A stretch of 63,573 bases of DNA, filler included, from Octopus bimaculoides (Eukaryota), in the NCBI RefSeq assembly GCF_001194135.2. It is 5 parts of 5 records of this genome, joined end to end, with 100 filler letters (N's around TTAATTAATTAA, not from the genome) between each part and the next. Parts side by side here need not be neighbours in the genome. Positions count along the whole stretch, not along the records: positions 1 to 16,495 come from NC_068982.1; positions 16,596 to 46,988 come from NC_068986.1; 3 more parts are not named here. One strand, written 5' to 3'. Positions 14,950-28,174 of the stretch are shown here, piece by piece; positions within the stretch are counted from its first letter, which is position 1; every line of letters starts with the position of its first letter. Below the pieces are notes generated by a model. It ran no database searches, had not been told where the DNA came from, and saw only the letters and a program-made list of their open reading frames with translations. The translations under genes were made by a program, and so were the position numbers.

Positions 14950-15750
14950 TCCTGAGTTCCTCTCTCCTGCTCACGGTTTCTGTTCAATTAATGGGCAGAT
15001 GTTTGATAATGAATACGTTTGCTATTTTTACATCATCGCGTAATTGCATTCATGTTTTGTAATTCTCACATGGTGGGTTTCAAAATACACTGCTTGAAAC
15101 TTTAGGACACATCGTCCTACGAAAGTTTGAATTCCTTCTAGCGAGGCTTTGAAATGCTGAAACCATGGCCCACTTTCTCAAACAATGCTGAAATACTTCA
15201 TGTCTAGACCCCGGCAGAAATTTCCAAAGTAACTAAAATATGTTTTTTCGTTCAAGCAAGCAAATTTTAACATGACAGGAGCAAATTGCTTAGCTTGAAT
15301 TTTAATGATCACTCTTTGCGATATTAACTCTATTTTCTCTGTTATCGCTCGTAGATTGTATCATTTTTCTGCTTGTCTTATGCACTTTGAAATGTCATGA
15401 CAATGTTGTCCGCGCCTTGATACATCATAGCATCTGCCCTTCCCAGCAGATGTCTCACACCATTTTCACTTCAGTTTTGTAATCAGATTGCAATAATATC
15501 ACGTTAATTGACATTTCACAACTGGCGTTTTACAGTAGTTGCATGAAACTGTAAGCGTATCAATATAACGTATTAGTGTCACGGATTCCGATGGGAAGAG
15601 CAGTGGTTGACACATTCTATTTCACTCAGTGATGGTACGGAGATTTCTAGAGAATTCTGAGCAAGTTCTGCACAAGTCTTTATTTCCGTGCCCTGAACAA
15701 CATATATTCCACAATTTTCACAGTCTGTCAAGAAGGATTCTTGCTAGTAC
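14950..15750 (-). mobile_element. Possible hAT transposase remnant
   Basis: Fragments LIRYID, GRCYD (cf. GQxYDG), HxN (cf. AHxLNL) and RKW (cf. TRW) occur in the expected order, with many stops. Confidence 0.35.
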
Positions 15751-16243
15751 CATGTGCGTACTGTTAGAAGTGTAAGAGAACACCGCTCTTAGCACTCATC
15801 AGGATTACCACTTTTTCGTAGCTTCAATAAATAATCGCTCGTTCATTCAATTGCAATTGGGATTTTATTGATTTCTATGAATTTAAATGTTTCCAATCAA
15901 ATGACTGACATTAATGTACACGGTTTTCATTAACCAATTTTTGACGCATACTTCCGTCTCGACTAGGAGCGTCATGTTTCGTTTCTTTTCGATCATGTAA
16001 TCATTTGCTTTTATAGTATCTGCTTTGTTCAACCAGCACTTTTCATGGCCCGGTTTCAGCTACTTCCCATGCGACATATCATATTCCGTCATTCCTATTT
16101 TCCATCTTTCCTTGTAGCCGCCATTCACTAAGATCTAGTTATATTGTATAATAGAACAAATTCTGGAACATTGTGTCACACTACGAATACATATCTATCT
16201 ATCTATCTATCTATCTCTCAATCTATCTATATCGATATCAATG

Positions 16244-16296
<53 letters not shown>

Positions 16297-16595
16297 ATAT
16301 ATATATATATATATATAATAAAATAGATTTAATCAAAAGATTAAATGTGGTACTTAAAATGTTTGAGGCACCAGAATTTGGTAGGGTAAAAACCAAAAAC
16401 AAAATCAAGAGATTTGGTGAATAACATTTGAAGAAAATCAACAAAAATTCAATATTGAATTGTTGTTGCTTTTCTTCAAATATACATACATATATNNNNN
16501 NNNNNNNNNNNNNNNNNNNNNNNNNNNNNNNNNNNNNNNTTAATTAATTAANNNNNNNNNNNNNNNNNNNNNNNNNNNNNNNNNNNNNNNNNNNN

Positions 16596-16905
16596 AGTAG
16601 TGCTTTTACCTGGCACAAACCCAAACTGCATCTCATCTAAATTGATTCGCTCCCTAATTAGTTGGGCTATGACCCTCTCTGTAACTTTCATAACCTGATC
16701 TAACAGCTTGATGCCTCTGTAATTATTTGTATCTAAAGCGTCACCTTTACCTTTGTAGCAGTTGACTATGATGCTGCTACACCAGTCATTGGGTATGACT
16801 CCTTCGTGTATCACCTGGTTCGTAATACGGGTGACTAGGCTATAGCCAACACTGCCAGATATTTTGAGCATCTCTGCAGTGATTCCTGATGGGCCGGGGG
16901 CTTTC
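16596..16905 (-). mobile_element. RTE-clade LINE RT fragment, cut by a gap
   Basis: IPNDWCSSIIVNCYKGKGDALDTNNYRGIKLLDQVMKVTERV...QFGFVPGKSTT. Confidence 0.85.
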
Positions 16906-17219
16906 CCGAAACAAATCTTGCTAGAATTTCACAAAGATAAAAGAACCAAAATATGCCATTTTTGAGAAGACAAAGTGTGAATATAAACTGGGAATGGAAA
17001 AAAATTGGGAATTACAGGTAAGAACTTAGCTATTAAATAAGAAACAGAGTTAAAGTAACTCACTCATCCAAAATAAGTTTGAAAACCATAATGTAGAGCC
17101 ATGGATACCAGAAAAAATTCTTCCAACTGAATTCCTCACTAACAGAAATTGAAGACTAGTTTCCTGACCTTCAATTCTTTATCCATATTCCCAAATTCAC
17201 CTTGTGAACAGGTGTTTAT

Positions 17220-17345
17220 GCTCCAACGGATTTCTTCGCGGATAAACTTGGAGCAGTGTCTAATGAACATGGTGATAAAATTTCACCAGGACATTAGTGC
17301 TATGGAGAAACGGTGCCAAGGCTTCTGGAATGACAGTATGCTGGA
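17220..17345 (+). mobile_element. Chapaev3/CMC-like transposase C-terminal fragment
   Basis: DFFADKLGAVSNEHG (frameshift) FHQDISAMEKRCQGFWNDSML. The superfamily assignment is from recalled family motifs. Confidence 0.6.
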
Positions 17346-18465
17346 TATCGTGATCAACCAGATCCGGTCAGTGGCCCTCAGCAGGTTGACTGTATGTTGC
17401 ATGTGTACGAACAGCCATGCTACATGGCAGTGAAACATGGACCGTGACTACTGAGGACAGGCGTAAGCTTGCAAGAAACGAAGCCAGTATGCTCCGATAG
17501 ATGTTTAATGTCAGTGTGCATACTTGACAGAGTGTAAGTAACTTGAGAGAAAAGTTAGACCTAAGAAGCATCAGTTGTGGTGTGCAAGAGAAACGATTGC
17601 GCTGGTATAGTCATGTGGCAAGAATGGATGAGGATAGCTGTGTGAAAAAGTGTCACACCCTAGCAGTTGAGGGAACCTGTGGAAGAGGTAGACCCAGGAA
17701 GACCTGGGATGAGGTGGTGAAGCATGACCTTCAAACTTTAGGCCTCACCAAAGCAATGACCAGGACCTTTGGAAATATGCAGTACGCGAGAAGACCCGGC
17801 AAGGCAAGTGAGAGCATAATCTATGACCTCTGCTAGCTCACTAATTCGTATCTTTACTCCATTGGACACTAAAAACCCTGCTTGCGATGACCTGTTGAGG
17901 CAAGTGAATTTGAAATCGAACCGAATCCGATGACTGGCACCCATGCCAACCTCTCCTTCATTGGACACTAAACTCTGCTTGCAAAGACCTGTTGGGGCAA
18001 GTGAAATTGTAATTGAGCCATACTCAATGACTGTGGTGCACTAACAGCACTGTCAAGCGTGTTCATTGCCAGAGCAGCTGTCTGGCTTCTGTGCTAGTGG
18101 CCCGTAAATAGCACCATTTGAGTGTAATCATTACCAGCGTTGCCTTCTAGCACTTGTGCTGGTGGCACGTTAAAAAAACATTCGAGTGAGGTCATTGCCA
18201 GTGCTATTGGACTGGCTCCCGTGGAGGTGGCACGTAAAAAACACCTTTTTGAGCATGGCCGTTGCCAGTAACATGTGACTGGACCTCGTGCTGGTGGCAT
18301 GTAAAAGCACCCACTACACTCAGTGGTTGGCATTAGGAAGGGCATCCAGCTATAAAAACTCTGCCAGATCAGATTGGAGCCCGGTTACAGCTTTCTGGCT
18401 TGCCAGTCCTCAGTCAAATCGTCCAACCCATGCTAGCATGGAAAGCGGACATTAAATGATGATGT
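17346..18465 (+). mobile_element. RTE LINE 3' end with its repetitive 3'UTR
   Basis: RLRWYSHVARM...EGTCGRGRPRKTWDEVVKHDL, followed by GGTGGCACGTAAAAA-type subrepeats and a GAAGGGCATCCAGC tail. Confidence 0.85.
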
Positions 18466-18469
18466 GTGA

Positions 18470-19270
18470 AGCTATATCCCTTTCTATTTCATCAAAGGCT
18501 TTGAGTAATGTCTCTAAATCTCTGTCCATTCATAGGATTTTTAAGCTTCCAGACCCTTCTTTTCCATGCTGGTCGTCTTCTGGGCAACCACTTAGCACTG
18601 ATCCTAAAGTCACTAACTACCAGTCCATTCTTCGCCTGGGAAGGTCTTGGCATTTATAAGCAGCCATCTTTCCCCTTTTTGGCGAGGATGTAGTCAATTT
18701 GGCTAGTGTGTCTACCAGAACGGTAGGTGACGGGCAGGTTTCCCGAAGTTAGTATTGCAAACCATAAGGTCATTTGCATCGCAGACCTCCAGCAGCCTGG
18801 TTCCCTCCTCATTGTGGGAACCAAAACCATAGCCCACCTGTAAGGCCCTGTATGTTGTCCAACATGTCCACTGAAGTCACCAGCCACAAAGAGAAGGTCC
18901 CTGCCATTTGTCAAGGTAGTCTGCAAGAGGGTATCATAAAATCGGTCTTTCTGTTCATCTGGTGGCCCCAGCCGAGGGGCATAGACCGAGATAATGGTTG
19001 CTAACCCATGATGAAGGACTAATCTAATCTTAAGTATTCTATCACATACTCTGGCTACCTCAATTACCTTATCCACCCATTTCTCCACAAGAAGTATATC
19101 CACGCCCCCGACTGTGTTCTTTGCCTGTGAGGAACCCAGCCGAACCTCCTTTCCACCTTATTTCTTGGAGGCAGCAGATATCGGCACATCTCCATTGCAT
19201 CTCAACAATCTCACCAGACTTACCTCATAGTGTGCTGACGTTGAGAGTGCCAACCCTGAAGGTGTGGGAG
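18470..19270 (-). mobile_element. RTE LINE apurinic endonuclease fragment
   Basis: RVGTLNVST...DICCLQEIRWKG...DRILKIRL...ISVYAP...VAGDFSGHVG...SQIDYIL. Confidence 0.85.
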
Positions 19271-19986
19271 GTATGGGCCCATGAGGCCCTGGGACGGGAC
19301 AGCAGCATTATGTACCTGAAAATAAAGCTCGCATTTGGCAGAATTCATAAACAAGCAGTAGCCTTTAATTCAACCGGCATACGCTGCACTATCATATTTT
19401 TGCACTATATGATCACTACCTTACATAGGAGGAGATAAACCCTAAGTAGGGGTGGGGGTGGCGTGAAGCCTTTAGAAGTATTCATGGGAGACAAGACAAC
19501 CAGAGGATGGGAGAGGATAGGAACTTCCGGTCAGGTGGAGAGGGTGGGANNNNNNNNNNNNNNNNNNNNNNNNNNNNNNNNNNNNNNNNNNNNNNNNNNN
19601 NNNNNNNNNNNNNNNNNNNNNNNNNNNNNNNNNNNNNNNNNNNNNNNNNNNNNNNNNNNNNNNNNNNNNNNNNNNNNNNNNNNNNNNNNNNNNNNNNNNN
19701 NNNNNNNNNNNNNNNNNNNNNNNNNNNNNNNNNNNNNNNNNNNNNNNNNNNNNNNNNNNNNNNNNNNNNNNNNNNNNNNNNNNNNNNNNNNNNNNNNNNN
19801 NNNNNNNNNNNNNNNNNNNNNNNNNNNNNNNNNNNNNNNNNNNNNNNNNNNNNNNNNNNNNNNNNNNNNNNNNNNNNNNNNNNNNNNNNNNNNNNNNNNN
19901 NNNNNNNNNNNNNNNNNNNNNNNNNNNNNNNNNNNNNNNNNNNNNNNNNNNNNNNNNNNNNNNNNNNNNNNNNNNNNNNNNNNNNN

Positions 19987-20400
19987 CTAACGCCAACCAC
20001 TCAGAGAGTGTAGTGGGTGCTTTTACGTGTCACCCGCACGAAAACGGCCACGCTCGAAATGGTGTCTTTTATGTGCCACCCGCACAAGCCAGTCCAGGGG
20101 CACTGGCAACGATCTCGCTCGAAAATCCTACAGGAGCCAGTCAGGCGGTACTGGCAACGGCCACGCTCAAAATGGTGCATCTCATGTGCCACCCGCACAA
20201 GAACCAGTCCAGGGGCACTGGCAACGATCTTACTTGGCTTGCCGGGTCTTCTCACGCAATGCCGGGTCTTCTCACGCATGCCGGGTCTTCTCATATACAC
20301 ACATGTGAATATAGATATACACACACATGTATATATACCTTGCAGCATGCCAGCCCTTGGTTAAACCATCTAACCCATGCCAGTGTGGACAAAGGATAGT
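19987..20400 (-). mobile_element. RTE 3'UTR-type tandem subrepeats
   Basis: Repeated GTGCCACCCGCACAAG-CCAGTCCAGGGGCACTGGCAACG units related to the 18.1-18.4 kb subrepeats. Confidence 0.55.
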
Positions 20401-20629
20401 AAATTATGACAATTATACACACACACTGATCACCAACAGGAATAACAGAAAATTCAGAGAGCTATTACTCCTCTCTATAATGCTTGTGTAAAACAGTAAC
20501 ACTATAATAGTAGTGATACGCAAGTCTGAATGTAGAGGACATGCAAAGAGTAAAAGAATGAAGCTGGCGTGCTCCACCCATTAGTGTGTGTGTGTGTGTT
20601 GAGAGAAAAATTAGGCAAAACAGGAATGA

Positions 20630-21560
20630 AAAGTAATGTGAAAGGGAGAAGAGTATGGATGAGGACAAGTGCACAAGGAAGTTCCAGTTGCTTAAAGTGG
20701 ATGGAACTTGTAGAAAATGGAGACCTAGGAAGACATGGGATGAAGCAGTGAAGGCTGATCAGAGATGACAAAAGATTGAAATAATTGGGTGAATTGTTAT
20801 GCTTAAGGAAACTGATCCATGGAAACCCGAGTCCTAATAGCATTGTGGGTCTGCTAGCACATATGGGGCACTGCTGGGTCACGTATCACTGCCCTACTAA
20901 CGGCATTTCTTATTTGCTGCAATCAAAGCAGAATCTTCATGTATTACAGCCCACTCTTTGTCTCCATTGATCACCATGCTTGTCACACTATTTCCTCCTC
21001 TCTCCACTGCAATATCCCATCCCAACACCTTTCACTCTTGACATACCCTTACATCACCCACCCACACCTTTGTTGTCCTGCTACATCTCCCTCCCCTCCA
21101 TTCCTACACCTTGCACATCACCCAACTACTTTCTCATTTATTCTCCTTCTTCAACTATCTCCACCCGTCTCTCATATTCACTGACTTTTACCTGCAGATG
21201 CTCTCCCACCGATTCTTATATAATGCAAGATAGCCTTGTATCTCCTCTATGGCAAGACACCAGTGCTTGTCCCTCTATCATAATTTTAGCCCCACAACTC
21301 TTTGCCCCCACCCCCACCCCAATGACCACCACCTGAAAAATTCTCTCCTACTCAGTCAACAGCTTTTCCGTTCTTTCTCTCTCATGCATTACTCAGCCAC
21401 CTACCTAATGCTAGGGCCACGTAAAAAGCACCCACTACAGGCTGCTAAGTGGTTGGCTTCAGGAAGGGCATTCATAAGAGTCAATGCCAAAGCTAACACA
21501 TCCCTGCAGCTCATCTGATTAGAGTATTCGACCCATGTTAGCAGGGAAAACAAAAATCAA
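20630..21560. mobile_element. Degraded RTE 3' remnants
   Basis: KVDGTCRKWRPRKTWDEAVKAD near 20700 and an RTE-tail-like segment at 21410-21560. Confidence 0.5.
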
Positions 21561-22272
21561 AGAATGATAAAATTATTGGATGTATATTCTATGCAAGAGA
21601 TAAGATGCTCAACCAAGAAACAGAGATAAATGCTTGGAGAGTAAACCATGAGAGCAGGGCTGAAGTAGGCATATGCAAGTTGACAAATGCATCAAATGAT
21701 TGAGGTAGTCAGGATATGCAATTAGGATAACCAAGTTGAAGAAGTGGATATGGTTCAAGACATAAGACTAACAGACTTCTGTGCTGCAACTGACCTAACA
21801 ATANNNNNNNNNNNNNNNNNNNNNNNNNNNNNNNNNNNNNNNNNNNNNNNNNNNNNNNNNNNNNNNNNNNNNNNNNNNNNNNNNNNNNNNNNNNNNNNNN
21901 NNNNNNNNNNNNNNNNNNNNNNNNNNNNNATAACCAAGTTGAAGAAGTGGATATGGTTCAAGACATAAGACTAACAGACTTCTGTGCTGCAACTGACCTA
22001 ACAATATGCAACACACACACTTCAGGACACCAGCCAAGCTTAGTGGAGACCCAAATCAGAAGAGCCATTACAAACACCGAAAGCTTTCCTGCCAAAAATA
22101 TGCACTATCCATCATAGAGTCAAAGACAGAAATGGAAGGAGATTATGAAGAAAGGTATGGAAGTTAACACTTTGCAACTGGAAATGGATTTAAAGAAATT
22201 GTAATTGATGTCTATAACAGTATGGAGGAAAATTTAGATGTCTGTAGCAAAGGTGACAAGCATGTTATTTTA

Positions 22273-22955
22273 TAGAAATTCCAGATCTTTCTGAATTGAC
22301 GGGCACCACTTGTTTTCTTAATGAAACACTTTCAAACTTGGGATACTGGTAGAATGTGTCATATAAAACATCTTTTTCTCTTAGCCTTCTTAACAAAAAT
22401 GTCTATATTGCAAGTTATTTCATGTTAAAGTTGTCGTATTTCTGTAATTTCAACCAATCACTGACATCTATTCAGCTGAATAGTTACTGCTGTTTTCGTA
22501 AACAATAATTTTTGCCGGTGTCAAGATCGTTATTCTCTGGTAATTATATTGGTATTCCCTAGTAAGGGTTTAGGGTTAGAGTTATGAGTTAGGTTATAGC
22601 AAAAATAATCATAACTCTAAAACCCGAACCCTAAAACCAGTACAAACGATGTTATAAATAACAGTACCGCTGATAGTTGTTGTTGACAAACAACGGCACT
22701 AATTTTATGCAAGGGAAAAGATCCCATTACACTGTACAACGTGTGGTGTTCACAATTCACAGCAGTAATTGTTTTCACCTCAATAGACGTCAGTAATTGG
22801 TTGAAATTACTGAAATACGAAAATTTTTACATGAAATAACTTCGAACACAAAACATACAAGTATACGAAATTTGAAAGTGTTTCGGTACCAAAAACACTA
22901 CATAAAACATAAATGAAAAGTGGTGCCCGTCAATTCAGAAAGATCCGAAATTCCC
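22273..22955. mobile_element. Fold-back MITE with 28-bp perfect inverted repeats
   Basis: GATCTTTCTGAATTGACGGGCACCACTT at 22284-22311 and its exact reverse complement at 22918-22945; further inverted blocks inside. Confidence 0.8.
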
Positions 22956-22994
22956 AGTTAAGGTAACAGGTCGGAATTGTGAATTGGGCAAAAT

Positions 22995-23760
22995 CTTAGT
23001 CAGGCCAAGAATAATGAGGTTGAATAACATGATTGATAAGGCAGTGAAAGCTTGGAAAACCAGGATGAAAGATGGTAACAGGAAGCATTATCAAATTGTT
23101 AACACATCTAGGTGACAGGTATACCTGGCTAAAGGTGAGGCAAAAAGGAAGGGGTCTGCACACATACTGCAATTTGAGGATCAGAGGCATGTAGTGTCTA
23201 GGGTTTGCAAGACCATGTTATACAGAAGCAAGACATCATTGGAGAGAACTGTATGCAGAATGAAGAAAGCAAGTCACCATTGATATAGAAGACAAGGAAA
23301 TGATGTACAAGTGCTATTATGAGATGGTGCAGAAAGTGGAGAATGCATGGGATAAAGAGGGGCTGCTTTATGTTGACCCCACAGAGGGACCAGCAATTCC
23401 ATGTGACAGCAGAGTGGTGGGAGAAAGCAAGAACACAAAAGAGCAAATAACTAATGGACCTATTAGAAATAGTTGAGGAAATGCTCAAAATATCTGCTGA
23501 GGTAAGATACAGGATTACCAAAAGAAAGGTGTCATAACCAATGACTGGCATTGCAGGATCATCATAAACTGCTACAAAGGAGATGCCTACAAGAATCAAA
23601 CTGTTAGATCAGGTTAATAAGGTCACAGCACAATTGATCCATGACAGAGTAAGCTTAAACGAGAGGCTCAGCACAAGGATGCAATCTCCATCACTAGTGA
23701 GGCAGCTGCTGAAGCATGTCTCAGAGCAGACATCTGTTTCTAGCATTTGCTAACCTGGAC
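22995..23760 (+). mobile_element. Degraded RTE ORF2 middle fragment
   Basis: EMLKISA...NDWHCRIIINCYKG...IKLLDQVNKVT, homologous to 16596-16905. Confidence 0.65.
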
Positions 23761-23922
23761 AAGGTGCCACACACTGTTCTTAGGTACTAAAGTAGCTAGG
23801 TTTTTACGAATGGCTTGTGAGGCATTTACATCACATGCATGTGTTTATATCAAATATTTATATTAAATACATACATATGTAATACACATCTTTTTTTTAT
23901 CTCATGAAAACTAAATCCTATA

Positions 23923-24285
23923 CTCTCCTTTTACTTGTTTCAGTCATTTGACTGCAGCCATGCTGGAGCACCGCCTTTAGTTGAGAAAATCGACCCCAGG
24001 ACTTATTCTTTGTAAGCCTAGTACTTATTCTATCGGTCTCTTTTTGCTGAACCACTAAGTTACAGGGACATAAACACACCAGCACCAGTTGTCAAGTGAT
24101 GGTGTGGGGACAAACACACACATATATATATATATACGACGTGCTTCTTTCAGTTTCTGTCTACCAAATCCATAGACAAGGCTTTGGTCGGCCCAAGGCT
24201 ATAGTAGAAGACACTTGCCCATGGTGCCACGCAGTGCGACTGAGCCTGGAACCATGTGGTTGGTTAGCAAAAACTTTCTTCTACA
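23923..24285 (-). mobile_element. tRNA-derived SINE (same family)
   Basis: Reverse copy beginning TTTTACTTGTTTCAGTCATTTGACTGCAGCCATGCTGGAGCACCGCC. Confidence 0.8.
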
Positions 24286-24521
24286 TTTCATGTTAATTTG
24301 TTCCAAAATGCAGTTATTTCACGAAATACCTCAAAACTTTGGAAATTAAATGGTATATTTCAACAGAAATATGGTAAGAAGAGGGTTAAAACGTCCCATG
24401 TATGAGAGCATGTGTGTGCGAAATCAGAGAGTGGTAGCTGGTGTATCCTCTCCCAAACCATCCATGCCAGTCCAGCACAGAAAATGAATGTTAAAATGAC
24501 GATGATGATGTTAGTTTTTAA

Positions 24522-24857
24522 ACAGGAGTGGCTGTGTGGTAAGAAGCTTGCTTCCCAACTACATGGTTCTGGGTTCAGTTCCACTGCGTGGCACCTTGGG
24601 CAAGTGTCTTCTACTATAGACTTGGACCAACCAAAGCCTTGTGAGTGGATTTGGTAGGCGGGAACTGAAAGAAGCCCGTCGTATATGTGGGTGTGCTTGA
24701 TTCCCTCAATACTGCTTGACAACCGATGCTGGTGTTTACATCCCCATAACTTAGCAGTTCGGCAAATGCAACCAATAGAATAAGTCGTGGGGTCGATTTG
24801 TTTGACTAAAGGCAGCACTCCAGCATGGCCAGTCGAATGACTGAAACGAAAGAGAAT
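24522..24857 (+). mobile_element. tRNA-derived SINE (same family)
   Basis: GGAGTGGCTGTGTGGTAAGAAGCTTGCTTCCCAAC...GGGTTCAGTTCCACTG head; ATGACTGAAAC tail. Confidence 0.8.
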
Positions 24858-27800
24858 ATTTTAGTTAAAAGACAAGTTTGTATTTGGTAGAATTGACATA
24901 AAGTAAAATAAAACCGCTTTTCTTTGGAAACATCTAACAAATAAGGAATCTGGAATCAATTTTGGCCGATGCTGGATCAAGCTTAGAATTTTGTAGACAG
25001 TAATGTCAGCAATATCCGATTCAACTTTATAATTCTAAAAGACAGAATGTTTACAAATTCTGTAATTGTCATGAAAGGAGACAGACAAAAGCAAGACTAA
25101 AGAGCGCTGTGTATTTATACAGAAGAAGGACTGAATTTACTGGAGCAGCAACTCATGAGCAAACCTTCATTGAGCCTTGTTGACGAAATGAACCTACTTT
25201 CAATGGTGTACATAAGCTACGATGCAACTATTTTAATTTCACGCTGCTTCAACTGCATACCCAATTTAGAGGTTACGAGTATTGCTCCCGGTATAGCAGG
25301 GTTTTCCTCTGCTCACCCCCAATCAAATTCTATGTCCAACATAGCTTTATAAGTTTCCTCATTGCAGATGGCACTTCTCAATCATCTTGAATAAGGATTC
25401 TAAAGACAAAAAATCCAAACAAAAAATTCATGGTTTAAAGAATATAAAAAAATTTAAAAAATTTCCATCTTAATACATAAATCTTATTCAGCTGTTGTTT
25501 CCATCAAGGCAGAATCACAGGCCCAAAATAATGTGGAGGCCACACCACATGAACTCACTCCCAGCCACTTGTAACCTCTCTTTGAACCTATTATACCCTA
25601 CTATCAGTTGCTGTTTCATCTCATCTTTTACAAAGGGTTCTTCTGGCCAAAACAAAGCTTTCCTTCTTCATTCTGGGATCTAGTTTCCTTCTTAATAACA
25701 TCACTTGTGTAATTAAAATAATACTCAATGCATCATAGGTCACTCAAGTGCAGCTGGTAGAAGCAGTTACATCATTGGTTCAGCAGAAACTAAACCGGTT
25801 ACCACACAAGCTTCCCAGAAACCCAGCAGAAACAAACCAGATGAACTCAATAATGGGTCAATATCCAGCAATACTGGACGATTCCGAAACGCCAGGTTAA
25901 TGTCCAGTATGCTATCAACTTACTGGGAGTGAGGTGTCCTTTAGCCTTTGTTAAAGCATACCTGGTATTCCCAGCTTGGCCCAAGAGTAAAACTTATCCC
26001 TGCCTATAAAAAAGCAAACCACTACAGGAAAGCAGGACAAAAGAGAACTCTGGAATCAGGAACCTTATTTAACGCCAGAACATTTTGTAGGTACACTATC
26101 TGTGTGTGAGGCTCCAATCCGGGTTCATTTGTTCTGCTAAATCCCCACCATAGCTGCAGTTCAGTGGTTGGAATAAATTGATTAATAGTTCAATGACTCA
26201 GACCAAAACATTCCATTATTAAAGTGAACAACAGGGTGAGATATTAGTATACTATATAGTACGTACTACCATTTATAAACTATTTAGTTCCAATAAAGAT
26301 AACACACAGCAAGTGTTCTAGCCATGACCATCCAGCAGGATCCAACATGACCACTATATTTTGAAAGCAGTATAATGAAATCAAGCTAACATTGGCACTT
26401 GCAACAAGAAAAGTTCCTCCTTTACCATAGTTTGCATGTCTTGATATTCCACCCACCCCCATACTAGTAAGGGTCAAAGAAAATCCCAAAGCAGATTCCT
26501 CTGAGCAAATCCTCCTTTGTTGCCAACAATCCCCTGCTTCTGAAATGATGTAGCTTTCTTTTCACAAGTCTTTTGAACTGAACTATAAAAGTTATTAAGC
26601 CATTTTGTCCTTGTGAAAGGTCCAGACAGTGTTAAAAATTTGTGTACCATCAAACCCAATTTTATACATAGTCACCAAGAATTAGACCAAGTCCAATTCA
26701 AATGGGGACATTACAAGTGGTCAAAAGTGAAACAAGTTGTCTTATTTCTAATACCTAGTAAAATACTCAACAAGAAATCAATTTAAATATAAAGCAGAAA
26801 ATGAGAGCAAGAAAAAGGGGGTAATCATTGTTTTCTTTAATTGTTACAACAAAAAGCAAACATTTTACGACTACTAAAAGAAGGTTCACCAACCCTGTCA
26901 CAACCTTCTCTTCGTCCCCTTCCCCAATTGTAGTCATATCTTTCTGCATCTTTCCTCGACTTCTGGACATATTCATTTCTCTCGCAGCACACCATGCAAC
27001 AATCTTTTCTTCTTCTTGTTGCTCTTTCCGCTTCTTCACACACCAAACCATTCTAACTCCTCCTCTGCTGCTCCCAGTTCCAGCAATATTCCGGTCCTCA
27101 TTAACATAATCACTCCCTTCAACTTGTATATTCAACATACTAAATTAACAATATATATTCACACCACACCATTTCCAACAGCTCCTCGAAATGTCGTTGA
27201 CACCTCGGTTAATAATCATGATCACATGATTTACATCTCCAATGGAACATCTCAGCTTACTCTCAACATTGTTCCAAATATGCTACGAGATAATGTTAAT
27301 ATCTTAATGAATCAACTTGATTAGATCACTGAGCAGAACCAGCACCCAGAACTCCAAATAAAAAGAAAAAAAAAACCTACTTATTAATCAATAAAAAAAA
27401 CAGTACTTTTATAACGACCTTACATTTTAAGAAAAATGAACAACACATTGAAAGATCCGACTTAGAAATCATTCAGAGACCCTAGTTTTACAAGCCGAAA
27501 CACACACACATGCACACAGCTATAGCAAATATTAAAATGCAGTTTATAACCAGGACCCATCTTAATTTTAAAACTATTTGCTTCCCCTTGCATTGTTTAG
27601 GCAATAACCTAGAATATTTATAAAAACCAATTCATATTCAACAAGCAGGTAACTTACAAACAAGTCTAATAAAGAGCCAAAATGGAGAATTATGCTAAAA
27701 GGGATACAGCCTCTCATTTCATTCACTTCGAATAATGACAGAATATGACATTTGTAAAACCAATGAAATAGATTTTGAAATGAATCCAGATAAATGTAAA

Positions 27801-28174
27801 ATGAAAAATAAAGATAGCTCGCTCCAGACAACATCATCCAAACAGGACTACCATTAATTGTAATTTTATAAAGAAAAATGTTTCTATTATTAAGTGGATC
27901 AATTAAAACTGGTTGAGCATTTAGAAAGCAGAATATCAAATGAAGAAACATTTTAAACTATAATTAAACAAGTATTAAAATAAAGTCCAAGTCAAAAACA
28001 TTTCCTAAGTGCCTGAATTCTTTCAAAGGATTGCCCTCCCCGCCTCACCAGGCTGGAACAACTTTGAAAGAGGCCTTATTATGTAAATTTTTAACATTCT
28101 GAACAGAGACCGAACACTTTAAAATAAAAATATAAAGCTAGAGAAACATGTTGCTTACATATAAAAGTACAGCT

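Noticed and set aside
16540-16551. TTAATTAATTAA centred in N runs (also 47033-47044, 55673-55684, 61651-61662)
   Set aside because: Where counted, it sits in a 44N+12+44N block and has stops in all six frames, so it is an artificial gap linker, not biology.
21728-22005. Direct duplication flanking an N gap (similar cases at 36816-36855 and 58987-59068)
   Set aside because: The same sequence on both sides of a gap is typical of unmerged overlapping contig ends.
26767-27324. Overlapping 90-120 aa ORFs downstream of HP1
   Set aside because: No recognisable domain or splice framework; explained by purine/pyrimidine-skewed composition.
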